A stretch of 64,000 bases of DNA from a virus (taxonomy: Duplodnaviria > Caudoviricetes), in the IMG/VR virus record IMGVR_UViG_3300032216_002106, positions 1-64,000 of that record; one strand, given 5' to 3'. The notes below the pieces were generated by a model, which saw nothing but the letters and a program-made list of their open reading frames with translations, was not told the DNA's origin and did not search any database. Positions 10,282-19,465 of the stretch are shown here, piece after piece. Positions within the stretch are counted from its first letter, which is position 1. The number at the start of each line of letters is the position of its first letter. The position numbers and the translations under genes are program-made.

Positions 10282-10452
10282 TACAGGGTTTAAACTTGTA
10301 TTAAATATAGTCTACATTTAGTGTTTCCATGAATCTAATCAATATCTTAATAATGTCTTTATTATTGGATTTGGTTGTTATTACTGCCATTCTTACTGTT
10401 CTTTATCCCGGTTGAAGTACAATCTACGTATACCTACCGACCAAACCTCCTC

Positions 10453-10599
10453 ATGGGCTGTGGCATTTCTCGATTTTATATCTGTACTGATCGAGAGGAA
10501 AATGAAGGGTACGTGATTGATTTAGTCACTGAAGACGCAGAAGAATATGAAGAAAAACTTAAAGCAGAAGATGCTGACTACCTGCGTGTAGACCTATGA
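10453..10599 (+). CDS. small acidic hypothetical protein (start revised from the ORF track)
   Basis: ATG at 10453 downstream of a TACAAT -10-like hexamer; 4-nt coupling to the GT2 gene. Confidence 0.5.
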   Translation: MGCGISRFYICTDREENEGYVIDLVTEDAEEYEEKLKAEDADYLRVDL

Positions 10600-11330
10600 A
10601 CAAGCTTCCTATTATTGCCGTTCCCATCTTAGTAGATGGCGCAAAGCTTCTCCGTCATTTTAAAACTGTTGATGTACCTTTACGTAGGTACTTCATCCTA
10701 GATAACTCCATGGGGAAAGACCCTTCCGTAGATGAGGCCATCAAAGAAATCTTAAACACAAAACCTGACCATATTGATGAGGTAGCAGTTTGCTCTGTCT
10801 ATCAAAACACCGGTTTCCCTGGTGCCGTCAACCTAACGATTCGTCAAAATACCGACTGTGATTACTGGATTATTAGCGGTTTTGATTGGTGGCCTGCTCC
10901 TGGCGAGTGGCAAAAAGTTCTTGATCGCATAGGTCAGCTACCCTTTGGGGCGACCCTGGGACTAGGAAATGATGAGATGTGTGGCATGGTCTTGACTTCA
11001 ACACTATTACAACGTGTTGGTTACTTTGATGAGAACTTTTTTCCTGGTTATTTTGAAGACAATGATTACCGTTATCGCCTGAAGCTTACCAATACCAAGA
11101 TTGGCTCCATCCCCTTAGCCAGCGAGCATGCTACTAGTAGTACACTGAATAGTACAGAATTATTTCAAAAAAAGAATACTGTTTCATTCCAAGAAAATTA
11201 CAACTATTATGTAAGGAAATGGGGTGGACCTCCCAACCGAGAAACTTATGTTACGCCGTTTAACCAAAATGTTCCAGTCGATTACTGGAAGTACAGCCCA
11301 ACTAGGACCCAAGCCCTCCGATGGACCTGA
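10596..11330 (+). CDS. GT2-family glycosyltransferase
   Basis: YFILDNS, GFPGAVN, VGYFDENFFPGYFEDNDY; the DxD position reads SGFDW. Confidence 0.8.
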   Translation: MNKLPIIAVPILVDGAKLLRHFKTVDVPLRRYFILDNSMGKDPSVDEAIKEILNTKPDHIDEVAVCSVYQNTGFPGAVNLTIRQNTDCDYWIISGFDWWPAPGEWQKVLDRIGQLPFGATLGLGNDEMCGMVLTSTLLQRVGYFDENFFPGYFEDNDYRYRLKLTNTKIGSIPLASEHATSSTLNSTELFQKKNTVSFQENYNYYVRKWGGPPNRETYVTPFNQNVPVDYWKYSPTRTQALRWT

Positions 11331-12492
11331 GGATGTATTGCTTGATCTAGGCCTTCAGCCTCTAGTCAATAACCTTTGCACTACCAAAGAGGAATCATTA
11401 TCTATTGAGAAATATAAACTTAGAGCAACTATTGATAAAGACCTAGTAATCAAGCTGGATACTACAGTTCCATCAGACAAACTATATAAGAATTATTTAT
11501 ATTACTCGGGGGTTAACAAGCCTTATATTAACCACTGCCGTCTTCTTTGGCATGAGCTTAAACACCTTAAGCATGACACCATCATTGACATTGGTGGTAA
11601 CGACGGCACTCTCCTTAAAGTTTTTCAAGGACAAACCAATGACAAGCTACGTCTAATTAACGTAGATGCCAGTGAGTCTTTCAAGGAAGATAATTATCTT
11701 TCCAACATTGAATATGTTAATGCGTATTTCAATAAGGATCTAGATCTGCCCAAGGCAGACATGATTATTTCTACTAATGTATTGCAGCATACCCCTGACG
11801 TACACAAGTTTGTAGAAGGTATTAAGCAACATCTGGACGGCGTTTGGATCCTGGAATTTCCATATACCCTAAATACAATTAAAACTTTGCAATTTGACCA
11901 GTTTTATCATGAGCATTACTACTACTGGCTAGTCACGCCCCTTGAAAAAATCTTCAAGGAGTATGGCCTCACCATCTTTCATGCGCAGGAAAAACCTATT
12001 CATGGCGGAACAATGCGCCTATGGATCACCAACAAACCTGCCTATGCTGGTACCAATGCCCATCTTAAATACATAGAAAAAGAAAAAGAATTTGACTATA
12101 GCCAATATTGCTCTAAGGTAAATGCCAAGATCCTTAGAGATACAGTTTTTCTCAATAACCTGGAAGGCACAACTGCTTACTTTGGTGCAGCAGCAAAAGG
12201 CTGTGTGTACCTTAATGCTCTAAATGTCAGTACTGCAACGGATTCTAATACATATGTTGTTGATGATACCGAAGCCAAGCAAGGGTTATATGTCCCTGGC
12301 ACTGGAATGCAAATCTTAGATCGCAACTACCTATACAAAAACAAACCTGATAATCTCATTATTCTTGCCCATAACTACAGAGATTATCTCATTCAGGACC
12401 TACGGTCCCACTATGAAGGTCGAATCATCACAATGCTACCGTCCATTGAGATCGACATGTATGATGACAACAGGTCTTACTTCCAACAATGA
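11224..12492 (+). CDS. NDP-sugar C-methyltransferase-like protein (true start uncertain, probably downstream of 11224)
   Basis: LLDLGLQPLVNNL, IDIGGNDGTLL, FDQFYHEHYYY, IHGGTMR, YFGAAAKG, GLYVPGT, ILAHNY. Confidence 0.75.
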   Translation: MDLPTEKLMLRRLTKMFQSITGSTAQLGPKPSDGPEDVLLDLGLQPLVNNLCTTKEESLSIEKYKLRATIDKDLVIKLDTTVPSDKLYKNYLYYSGVNKPYINHCRLLWHELKHLKHDTIIDIGGNDGTLLKVFQGQTNDKLRLINVDASESFKEDNYLSNIEYVNAYFNKDLDLPKADMIISTNVLQHTPDVHKFVEGIKQHLDGVWILEFPYTLNTIKTLQFDQFYHEHYYYWLVTPLEKIFKEYGLTIFHAQEKPIHGGTMRLWITNKPAYAGTNAHLKYIEKEKEFDYSQYCSKVNAKILRDTVFLNNLEGTTAYFGAAAKGCVYLNALNVSTATDSNTYVVDDTEAKQGLYVPGTGMQILDRNYLYKNKPDNLIILAHNYRDYLIQDLRSHYEGRIITMLPSIEIDMYDDNRSYFQQ

Positions 12493-13103
12493 ACCAACTC
12501 TGGCACATCCCCTCACAAGAGATTAATGCAATCCTTAACAAACATGAGATCAATGGGTTTGAAGCTGTTGGTGGCACTGATAAAAATACCATCCATAACT
12601 ATACCGGGATCTATGAGCATGTCTTGCAACCTTATCGCAAGCTCCCTGGTACCCTATTGGAGTTAGGTGTACAGCACGGCGGATCTTCTTTGTTGTGGCA
12701 TGACTACCTTCCTAACTTCCAATTGCACCTGGTAGACATTGCCAACATTGCTCCCAGTAAAATCTGGGATAGCATGAATGCAGATCGTTATACTTTCTAC
12801 AATATGGATGGATATAACGATACGACAGTACAGAAATTTAAAGAAGAAATACCCGATGGGTTTGATGTTATTATTGACGATGGCCCACATACCTTACAGA
12901 GTCAAGTCTTTGCTGTTAACTCTTACTTCCCAATGCTCAAGCCTGGTGGTATTTTGATCATTGAAGACATACAAGACAGTAATCATTTGGACATTCTTAC
13001 TGATTGCCTAGAAGATCGATGTTTTGATGATGTACGTACATTTGACGTACGTCGTACTAAGGGTCGGTATGATGATCTAATCTGGACGGTTACCGCCGCT
13101 TAA
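12489..13103 (+). CDS. class I SAM-dependent methyltransferase (likely sugar O-methyltransferase)
   Basis: GTDK...HNY...YE, LLELGVQHGGS, FDVIIDDGPH, LKPGGILIIEDI. Confidence 0.75.
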   Translation: MNQLWHIPSQEINAILNKHEINGFEAVGGTDKNTIHNYTGIYEHVLQPYRKLPGTLLELGVQHGGSSLLWHDYLPNFQLHLVDIANIAPSKIWDSMNADRYTFYNMDGYNDTTVQKFKEEIPDGFDVIIDDGPHTLQSQVFAVNSYFPMLKPGGILIIEDIQDSNHLDILTDCLEDRCFDDVRTFDVRRTKGRYDDLIWTVTAA

Positions 13104-13123
13104 TACTGTCGGTTCTCCGATCC

Positions 13124-13150
13124 AAGGGTGTCCGTTTAATTGACACCCTT
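13124..13150 (+). terminator. hairpin after the methyltransferase cluster, possible terminator
   Basis: AAGGGTGTC / GACACCCTT 9-bp stem; weak U-tail. Confidence 0.45.
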
Positions 13151-13224
13151 TATGTCATACTATTAATACCAGCAATTGTTCTGTGTACATTTACCCTATA
13201 CTTAGGAAACCCAAAGAATCTGAA

Positions 13225-13425
13225 ATGGCATTATCAAAACAAGTAAAGGATTCAGTACAAGAAGCAGGCGCTAGCTTGCGTAATGCACTGGCCTTTGCTG
13301 CCCGTGGGGAACACCCCATTATTATTCAAGGCTTAGCTGAGATTCTAATGAAGCTTGACGCCCTAGAAACCATTGATGAATTCATGGCTAAGATGGGTGA
13401 CCACAAGATGTGCGGACCCTTTTGA
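13225..13425 (+). CDS. small protein of a type common in cyanophages
   Basis: MALSKQVKDSVQEAGASLRNALAFAARGEHP; start revised to ATG 13225. Confidence 0.55.
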   Translation: MALSKQVKDSVQEAGASLRNALAFAARGEHPIIIQGLAEILMKLDALETIDEFMAKMGDHKMCGPF

Positions 13426-13432
13426 TACCTAG

Positions 13433-13630
13433 TTATTTTTTCTTAGGTGTCCTTGCTTTCTTGCTAGCTTTTTTAGCTGCTTCTGTGTTGGGTACAAACT
13501 GCTTACCCTGTTTGCTACCCGCTTTTTTCTTTGCGTCAGTCTTAGCGCGTTCTTCTTTTGACAAAGAAGCCCACGCCTTCTCTGGTAGATAACGTTTAGT
13601 ACCGTCTGGTGTAATTGCTTTGTCAACCAT
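13433..13630 (-). CDS. Lys-rich small phage protein (C-terminal half of a DUF5872-like family)
   Basis: RYLPEKAWASLS..ERAKTDAKK...GKQFVPNT. Confidence 0.6.
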   Translation of the reverse strand: MVDKAITPDGTKRYLPEKAWASLSKEERAKTDAKKKAGSKQGKQFVPNTEAAKKASKKARTPKKK

Positions 13631-13914
13631 TACTTACTCTCCTTGTATTTTTTAGCCGCAGCTTTAGCTTTACCACGTTTTTCATACTCATCTTTTGTTT
13701 GCCACTTTTCTTTCCCCCATTTCTCTAGTGATTTTTGCCTAGAGTCTTTACCGCCTTGGTACCCACCACCAGCCTTTTCATATTCTTGTACAAGAAGCTG
13801 ACTCTTACGGGCGCTCCATTGACCGGGCTTACCTCCCTTGTCACCAGCCATTATACGATCTTTAATACGTTCACGTAATTCCGGCTTAGTATATTTTTTA
13901 GTATCTTGTGACAT
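13630..13914 (-). CDS. Lys-rich small phage protein (N-terminal half of a DUF5872-like family)
   Basis: YTKPELRERIKDRIMAGDKGGKPGQWSARKSQLL. Confidence 0.6.
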   Translation of the reverse strand: MSQDTKKYTKPELRERIKDRIMAGDKGGKPGQWSARKSQLLVQEYEKAGGGYQGGKDSRQKSLEKWGKEKWQTKDEYEKRGKAKAAAKKYKESK

Positions 13915-13923
13915 AATTATTTA

Positions 13924-15495
13924 TTAACGAAAAAATAAACCTTTGGCTTCTGATATGCCCAATTCAGGAATAGTCACTTGTCCAAAAGGTGTGGGAAATT
14001 TCCACTTACCACCACGTTGTCTAGCAGCTTCTGCCTGTTTAAATTTAGTTTCGCGTAATTGATTTTCATAGGCTTCTTGTCTTGGAGTTATTCTAGAAGA
14101 ACCAGGAGCCAAAGTTGCCATTGAAACAGCAGCAACAGGAGAACTAACAGCAGCAAGAGCACGTGCTGGCCAGGCAATGCCCGCTTTAGCAGCATTAACA
14201 ACACCTGTTCTTACTGCACCTTCCATTAATGCGCCTGTTGCAGCAGCAGCACCTGCTTTTGCCGCAGCAGACACATATTGTTTTTTTTCTATGTCTTTGA
14301 AAACTTCTGGACTATATAAAGCTCCTGCAATAAAGCCACCTGTTTTTAATGGGTTAATATTTCCAAAACTACGACCTGCGTATGTAGATGGATTTTCTAA
14401 ACTTTTTGGAACAGCCAGCCGCACTACTTTATTATCTACATATACAGGTTGAAAAGCATGAGAAACTTCAAATCTCACATCTGTTGGATCAAGAAAAATT
14501 TTATTAATTCCTGCTTTTACTTTTTGTTCAGGTGTTGCGCCTAATACATCAAACTCTTTAAAAATAGGAACAGCACCACGCTCTCTTTCAGAGATACCCA
14601 AAGGTGGAACAGGTGTTGCAATGTTTTCTAATACTTGTTTTATTGGCGCTGGGCGTTCTGAAGTTCCCTCAAGTTTTGCTAATGTTTCAGCTAAGTGTTG
14701 AAAATATTCATCTGGTCGATTGACATCAGTTAAAGGTCCACTTTCAAAACCATAATTTTTTATTTTAGTATACAAATCTGCAGCTGTTACTTCTCCTCTT
14801 GCTTTAATGTTTTCTTTGGGATAATATAAATCTCCTCCATAATGTTGACTTCTTTGTCCCCACCGACGATTTTCAATGAGTGTTGGATTACTTACAACTT
14901 CTCCTGTTGTATTAAAAGGTCCTTGTTTTTCAGGGTCAAGGTCAAGTTTAGTCATATACAATGTTGGGTTTGCAGTTGTAACAACTTTTCTATTTAAATT
15001 TCCCCGTGCATAACCCCATTGAGGTTCATCAGGATTGCCCCAAATATAACCTTTAGCCCCACCTTTTCCAGTTTCAGCTGGTGTTAATTCAGGTGTAGCA
15101 AAACGTGCTGGATTAGGGCCGGGTGTGACAGTAATATTGTCTGTTAAATTATTAACCGATTCAATATTTTCTAATGTTTCTTTATATTTACCAGCCAAAG
15201 AAAGATCAGCAGGTACAAACGGACTAGTAGTTGAAGGAATAAATTCTTTAAGAATATCTCCAGCATAATTTTCAAGACCTTTTGATCCTCTTTCTAAATA
15301 AAGATTTTTTAAACGCGGATCAACATCTTTAAAATATGGTCCAGCTTGAAATACAGCACGGTTAATATTAAACTCATCATTTTTTGCGTTTTCTTGTGCT
15401 ATTGAATTCCCTAGAATTGGAAGCAATAATCCCATGCCCCCCGTAGCAGCAATTGTTTTATTTTCAAGATCTTTTCTATATTCATTAGGATCCAT
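13924..15495 (-). CDS. hypothetical protein, possibly virion
   Basis: 523 aa, low GC, Ala-rich C-terminus. Confidence 0.55.
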   Translation of the reverse strand: MDPNEYRKDLENKTIAATGGMGLLLPILGNSIAQENAKNDEFNINRAVFQAGPYFKDVDPRLKNLYLERGSKGLENYAGDILKEFIPSTTSPFVPADLSLAGKYKETLENIESVNNLTDNITVTPGPNPARFATPELTPAETGKGGAKGYIWGNPDEPQWGYARGNLNRKVVTTANPTLYMTKLDLDPEKQGPFNTTGEVVSNPTLIENRRWGQRSQHYGGDLYYPKENIKARGEVTAADLYTKIKNYGFESGPLTDVNRPDEYFQHLAETLAKLEGTSERPAPIKQVLENIATPVPPLGISERERGAVPIFKEFDVLGATPEQKVKAGINKIFLDPTDVRFEVSHAFQPVYVDNKVVRLAVPKSLENPSTYAGRSFGNINPLKTGGFIAGALYSPEVFKDIEKKQYVSAAAKAGAAAATGALMEGAVRTGVVNAAKAGIAWPARALAAVSSPVAAVSMATLAPGSSRITPRQEAYENQLRETKFKQAEAARQRGGKWKFPTPFGQVTIPELGISEAKGLFFR

Positions 15496-16046
15496 TAGCT
15501 ATGCCTCAATGTGGCTTTTAAAAACCATGTGGCTTTAAAAGTTTCTCCTGCTAGTTCTGCTGCGTAGTTTTCAATATCAATAGCTTCAACTTCTCTGGCA
15601 ACCATAGCAAGATCTTTGGATTTCATAGCAAAGTCTTCTAGGTTTTTAAGATATGTCATCAGCATTGACCTGCCATCATAACTAGTGACATTGTCAAAGT
15701 CAGGATGTGCGTCCCTTAATCCACATGCACACATAGGCATGAGGTAATCCATGCTACGTGTGAACTCAGCCAGCTTATCAAACTGTTCAATATGTGCTTC
15801 GTATTGTTCTTTTAAAAACTCATGAATAGAAAAGAAGTTACTGGCTTCATAGTTAAGATGATTTAGATGAGCTTGGGTATAAAGCTGATTTGCGTAAGAA
15901 GCATGGCCAATCAACTGTTGAATAAAGGTAGGGATATCAGGCTTGGCTGTTACTGCTTTGGTTTTTTTGGTTTTAGGTTCTACAAACTTAGGCTCCACCT
16001 GGGGCGCAGGAACATATTGTACGGGGGGTTGACCAGAGGTATACAT
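15495..16046 (-). CDS. dps: Dps / ferritin-like DNA-protecting protein
   Basis: QAHLNHLNYEASNFFSIHEFLKEQYEAHIEQFDKLAE...KATWFLKATL four-helix ferritin pattern. Confidence 0.75.
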   Translation of the reverse strand: MYTSGQPPVQYVPAPQVEPKFVEPKTKKTKAVTAKPDIPTFIQQLIGHASYANQLYTQAHLNHLNYEASNFFSIHEFLKEQYEAHIEQFDKLAEFTRSMDYLMPMCACGLRDAHPDFDNVTSYDGRSMLMTYLKNLEDFAMKSKDLAMVAREVEAIDIENYAAELAGETFKATWFLKATLRHS

Positions 16047-16123
16047 AAGTCTTTATCAATATGTATAGTCTATCAAACCTTATTTTAAAAATCTTAAATT
16101 AGAATAATAAAAAAGAGTTTGTT

Positions 16124-16459
16124 ATGTCTTCTTCTCAAAATTTGTTTAGCAACTATCCTGTGTTAACAGCTCCTGCTTCTGGTGAGGTAATGCTAGTTCA
16201 GCAAGGTGAAGCTATTGCTACACGAAACTATACATTTTTTGTTACAGTTGCATCTATTAATACAAATGCTGTTGTTGCACTAAACGGCTCTATTGATGGA
16301 ACCAATTGGTCAAAAGTAATTACTAATCAAACAATTACCTCTAATGGCACTACGCATTATAATCTTGCCAATCATCCATTGTTATATGTTCAACCTGTAT
16401 TTGTATCAGAGTCTGGTGGGACCGCAGCCACTGTGTTATTCAGCATAGGTGCTGGTTAG
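16124..16459 (+). CDS. small beta-rich protein, possibly structural
   Basis: 111 aa with ...LNGSIDGTNW...; TAGAAT at 16100 upstream. Confidence 0.55.
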   Translation: MSSSQNLFSNYPVLTAPASGEVMLVQQGEAIATRNYTFFVTVASINTNAVVALNGSIDGTNWSKVITNQTITSNGTTHYNLANHPLLYVQPVFVSESGGTAATVLFSIGAG

Positions 16460-16614
16460 TTATTTGTATCAGTTGTCAAGCCACTTTTAAAAACATCAAG
16501 GTCTTTACCCTGGATACCAGCGCAGGCTTTCTGATAAAAGTAACAATCAGTTTTACCAGCCGCCTCTAAGGCGGCCTTAACTTTTCTCCACTTAATAATT
16601 TGTTCTTCTTCCAT
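16456..16614 (-). CDS. 52-aa protein absent from the ORF track
   Basis: translated by hand: MEEEQIIKWRKVKAALEAAGKTDCYFYQKACAGIQGKDL...; TAATG coupling to the upstream ORF. Confidence 0.55.
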   Translation of the reverse strand: MEEEQIIKWRKVKAALEAAGKTDCYFYQKACAGIQGKDLDVFKSGLTTDTNN

Positions 16615-16949
16615 TAGAATATAAATGGTTGGGGAAGAGTCTCTTTAAAAAATATTGAGTACATGTCTTTAGCAAAGCCTTGTTCTTTGTTGGTGCGCTT
16701 GAGTTCATCTTCTATTACCCGCTTAAATTCTTCATAGTATTCTTCTGGGGTCAATTGATTTTCACCTACAAATTCAAAGTAGTTGTCATATAAGCATTCG
16801 TATAAACGTTTCTTAAACGTTTCTTTATTAGTTTTTAAATACGTATTTGTTTCCCTTGCGTCTTTAGCCTCCAAAGAACTCCAAGCTTGATTGCGTTCTT
16901 TTTCTGCATTTGCTAGCCATTCACTAAGAGACATAACAATACTTGTCAT
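16614..16949 (-). CDS. hypothetical protein
   Basis: 111-aa acidic helical ORF. Confidence 0.5.
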   Translation of the reverse strand: MTSIVMSLSEWLANAEKERNQAWSSLEAKDARETNTYLKTNKETFKKRLYECLYDNYFEFVGENQLTPEEYYEEFKRVIEDELKRTNKEQGFAKDMYSIFFKETLPQPFIF

Positions 16950-17021
16950 AGCAATACTTTTTCAGGATAACGCAAACTTCACGTTTTATGAAAATTTAAT
17001 AACAAAGAAATTCTATAGCTT

Positions 17022-17276
17022 TTAAATAATTGTTTTAGTAGTATCCGCTACTTTTTTTTTACCTGGTCTCTCATACCCATACTGGGCTAGCCAATCTCTA
17101 AATGCCTCACCCGTAGGCGTCTTTGCTGGCCATGCCACCCACTTAACTAATGCTTTTACATCAGTAAACAACCTTGTGACATGGGGTTTCCATACAAGGA
17201 ATACCAAGGGAGAACCATCCCTAGATACCTGAGCCTTTACTGATAGTTCACTAGCCTTGAACTCATCTTCTTTCAT
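17022..17276 (-). CDS. hypothetical protein
   Basis: 84 aa in a coupled operon. Confidence 0.5.
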   Translation of the reverse strand: MKEDEFKASELSVKAQVSRDGSPLVFLVWKPHVTRLFTDVKALVKWVAWPAKTPTGEAFRDWLAQYGYERPGKKKVADTTKTII

Positions 17277-17536
17277 CGATCAAATTCAGGTTCTTGTACT
17301 TGGGCAGCTTCCTCTTCTGCCAAAGCCTGGGCCGCAGCTTGCCTTAGTGCCACATCTAAATTAAAATCTTCAATAAATTTTAATCTTTGAAAGTACTCAT
17401 CTCTGCAGTGAACAGCTGCTTCATCTTTAAATTTTTCCCATAGACCTGTATACAATCCATTACCAGGCTGGTACACATCATAGATGTGGTCCATGAAGTC
17501 AGCCTTCTGTTGTTCTTTTATAGGATCAATGAACAT
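17273..17536 (-). CDS. hypothetical protein
   Basis: 87 aa; KADFMDHIY...GLYTGLW pattern recalled from cyanophage small genes. Confidence 0.55.
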   Translation of the reverse strand: MFIDPIKEQQKADFMDHIYDVYQPGNGLYTGLWEKFKDEAAVHCRDEYFQRLKFIEDFNLDVALRQAAAQALAEEEAAQVQEPEFDR

Positions 17537-17729
17537 TGCTATCCTCTACATTGGTAATACTTGTAAACACACCTTGAATATCAGGTGTTAACTCAAAAAG
17601 CAAATCAGCAATCTTATCCTGGAGCAGCTCACCTACTTCTGTTGTAGTACGCCCATGGAATGGGTCATAGATTATTTCAAGGTCAACAGCAAATGAAATT
17701 CTAATGACGGGCTTGGGATCGGTTTTCAT
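17526..17729 (-). CDS. hypothetical protein
   Basis: 67 aa, coupled. Confidence 0.5.
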   Translation of the reverse strand: MKTDPKPVIRISFAVDLEIIYDPFHGRTTTEVGELLQDKIADLLFELTPDIQGVFTSITNVEDSNVH

Positions 17730-17755
17730 CTCTTGAATGAGAGTACCCAGAAAGT

Positions 17756-17980
17756 CTAGCTGCCTTTTGGAGGATTGGAACCAATACCAATTAGTGTTGC
17801 CAATAGTGCTGACAGGGTTCCTGCTGCCCGTTCCCCCGGTGCCTTACAGACCGACAGGGATTGGTCAGTTGCATTGCCCCGTGGTATTAGATAAAACATG
17901 CATGCCGCCCAGTCAGCTACCGACAAGCTTGCACTGGTAACCACCACTGCCAAAATACAAGTAGATAACCATTTAGCCAT
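17756..17980 (-). CDS. small two-helix membrane protein
   Basis: two hydrophobic stretches. Confidence 0.5.
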   Translation of the reverse strand: MAKWLSTCILAVVVTSASLSVADWAACMFYLIPRGNATDQSLSVCKAPGERAAGTLSALLATLIGIGSNPPKGS

Positions 17981-18240
17981 TACCCCTCCAGCAAACGTTC
18001 TAAGGTATTGACCTGCTGCTGCTGGTACACACCCAACCGTTCTTCAATTAAATTGTTGTAAGCAATAGCAGCATCAACTAACTCAGCTGGTTCAGACTGA
18101 GAACATACTGAGTCATTAGCAAGAAGCGCAGCAACCAAAATGGTTACCCTCATTTCTTGCTTGGTACCAATCAACGCTGGCAACGGGGTGCCACCATTGG
18201 TAAATGCTTCTAACAGATTGTAAAGATGTTGAATATCCAC
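17980..18240 (-). CDS. hypothetical protein
   Basis: 86 aa, TAATG coupling. Confidence 0.5.
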   Translation of the reverse strand: MDIQHLYNLLEAFTNGGTPLPALIGTKQEMRVTILVAALLANDSVCSQSEPAELVDAAIAYNNLIEERLGVYQQQQVNTLERLLEG

Positions 18241-18330
18241 AGTAAGTAAGCAGAAGAAGATGGCCTGAACGTAATATAACTCAAGGTTGTAACAGGGGTT
18301 CAGGCCCTATGTCTTCTACTTTAACACCTA

Positions 18331-18693
18331 CTACTTCTCTGCTTTTACCATGTGATACCAATAGGCTCTTGCCGCTGTTAGGTGAAAACGTTTGCCACCT
18401 AATAACTTATACTTTTTATTTTCTGTTTCCTCTAGCTCATCTTCTTGGTACGGCAAGACTTCATCTTCAGCTAGACGTGAACGATTGATCTCATTCATTT
18501 CTATCTGTAGACCAAAGTCTTCTGCCGCATGGTAATGACATGACATTTTGATGTGTGCATCATCAACACTGGTAGGAGGTTCGATCTTGTAATAAAAGTT
18601 CTCCGTTACATTCGGATGCTTCCACTTCCAACCGTTTAGATGTGAGTAGTCTTTTCGGTCGGACTGAATACTCTTGGACAATTTTGATTCCAT
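18331..18693 (-). CDS. hypothetical protein (start revised to MESKLSK)
   Basis: overlaps the 3' end of the Gp157-like gene. Confidence 0.5.
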   Translation of the reverse strand: MESKLSKSIQSDRKDYSHLNGWKWKHPNVTENFYYKIEPPTSVDDAHIKMSCHYHAAEDFGLQIEMNEINRSRLAEDEVLPYQEDELEETENKKYKLLGGKRFHLTAARAYWYHMVKAEK

Positions 18694-19291
18694 AGGGAAT
18701 TGCCTGGCCTGCTTGGTAAGCGTTGCGGAGTTCATCAAGGTTAGGTAGTATTTCAGATTTGGTTTTAGGTTCAGTTTTCTCTTCGAGAACTGACCCATCC
18801 ATGGATCGTACCACAGTTTGTTTTGTTGTTGTAACTTCTTGAATTAAACAAAATTTTTGTTGCTCTTCTGGGGTCCAATCATCTACGTTACTATTGATGG
18901 TAACTGTGAGAGCTGGTTTTTGTACGAGAACAAACTCATAGTTGCGACCTGTAATTCTGTTTTCTTTAATAACGCCTGATCGACGTATCCAATTAAGTAG
19001 TCCCTTGAGTCCAGTGAGCTGGGCCTCATGATGTTTTTTTGCTGTTGACAGCAGCTCTTGTTCTTTTTTGACACGATCTAAGGCATCCTCATGTGCAGAC
19101 ATTGCGTAGTAAATGCGATCAATTTTATCTGACCGCAGGTTAGCAGTTTGTTCTAGCTCTGCCTTACACAAAGTTTGTGACTCTGGTGTAAGTAAAGGTA
19201 GGCTACGCTCTAGAACTTGGTAGTGCTCATAAAGTTTTAAAACATTGAGCTGATCAAGTTTGGTTGCTGTAACTTGAGTTGAGTTAGTCAT
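18563..19291 (-). CDS. siphovirus Gp157 / Gam-like coiled-coil protein
   Basis: helical N-terminus DKIDRIYYAM..HE...KKEQELL..AKKHHE..L..LK, then basic beta region. Confidence 0.55.
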   Translation of the reverse strand: MTNSTQVTATKLDQLNVLKLYEHYQVLERSLPLLTPESQTLCKAELEQTANLRSDKIDRIYYAMSAHEDALDRVKKEQELLSTAKKHHEAQLTGLKGLLNWIRRSGVIKENRITGRNYEFVLVQKPALTVTINSNVDDWTPEEQQKFCLIQEVTTTKQTVVRSMDGSVLEEKTEPKTKSEILPNLDELRNAYQAGQAIPYGIKIVQEYSVRPKRLLTSKRLEVEASECNGELLLQDRTSYQC

Positions 19292-19297
19292 TGTTGT

Positions 19298-19411
19298 TTA
19301 AGCAAACTGTGATTTGATTTTGTTTAAAGCCCAAGTAATAGCAATAGCACTTACCGCAAGCAATAAGTCTTTGCAGATAGAACAGACAATAGGAAACAAG
19401 AAGTCGAACAT
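19298..19411 (-). CDS. 37-aa membrane microprotein absent from the ORF track
   Basis: MFDFLFPIVCSICKDLLLAVSAIAITWALNKIKSQFA, directly downstream of a motif A copy. Confidence 0.5.
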   Translation of the reverse strand: MFDFLFPIVCSICKDLLLAVSAIAITWALNKIKSQFA

Positions 19412-19432
19412 TAGAGTGAATGATGGATGGGC

Positions 19433-19458
19433 AGCAGTTTAACGTCTTGCTTAGGACG
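19433..19458 (-). ncRNA. motif A pseudoknot leader, copy 1
   Basis: CGTCCTAAGCAAGACGTTAAACTGCT. Confidence 0.75.
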
Positions 19459-19465
19459 ATAGCTA

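Noticed and set aside
11224-11330. programmed frameshift fusing GT2 to the C-methyltransferase
   Set aside because: Both frames are open over 107 nt, but I found no canonical slippery heptamer; a downstream ATG or TTG start explains it more simply.
4901-13103. known DNA hypermodification pathway (hmC/hmU/7-deazaguanine/2-aminoadenine)
   Set aside because: No hydroxymethylase, 5-hmdU kinase, que/dpdA or purZ gene is recognisable in the window.
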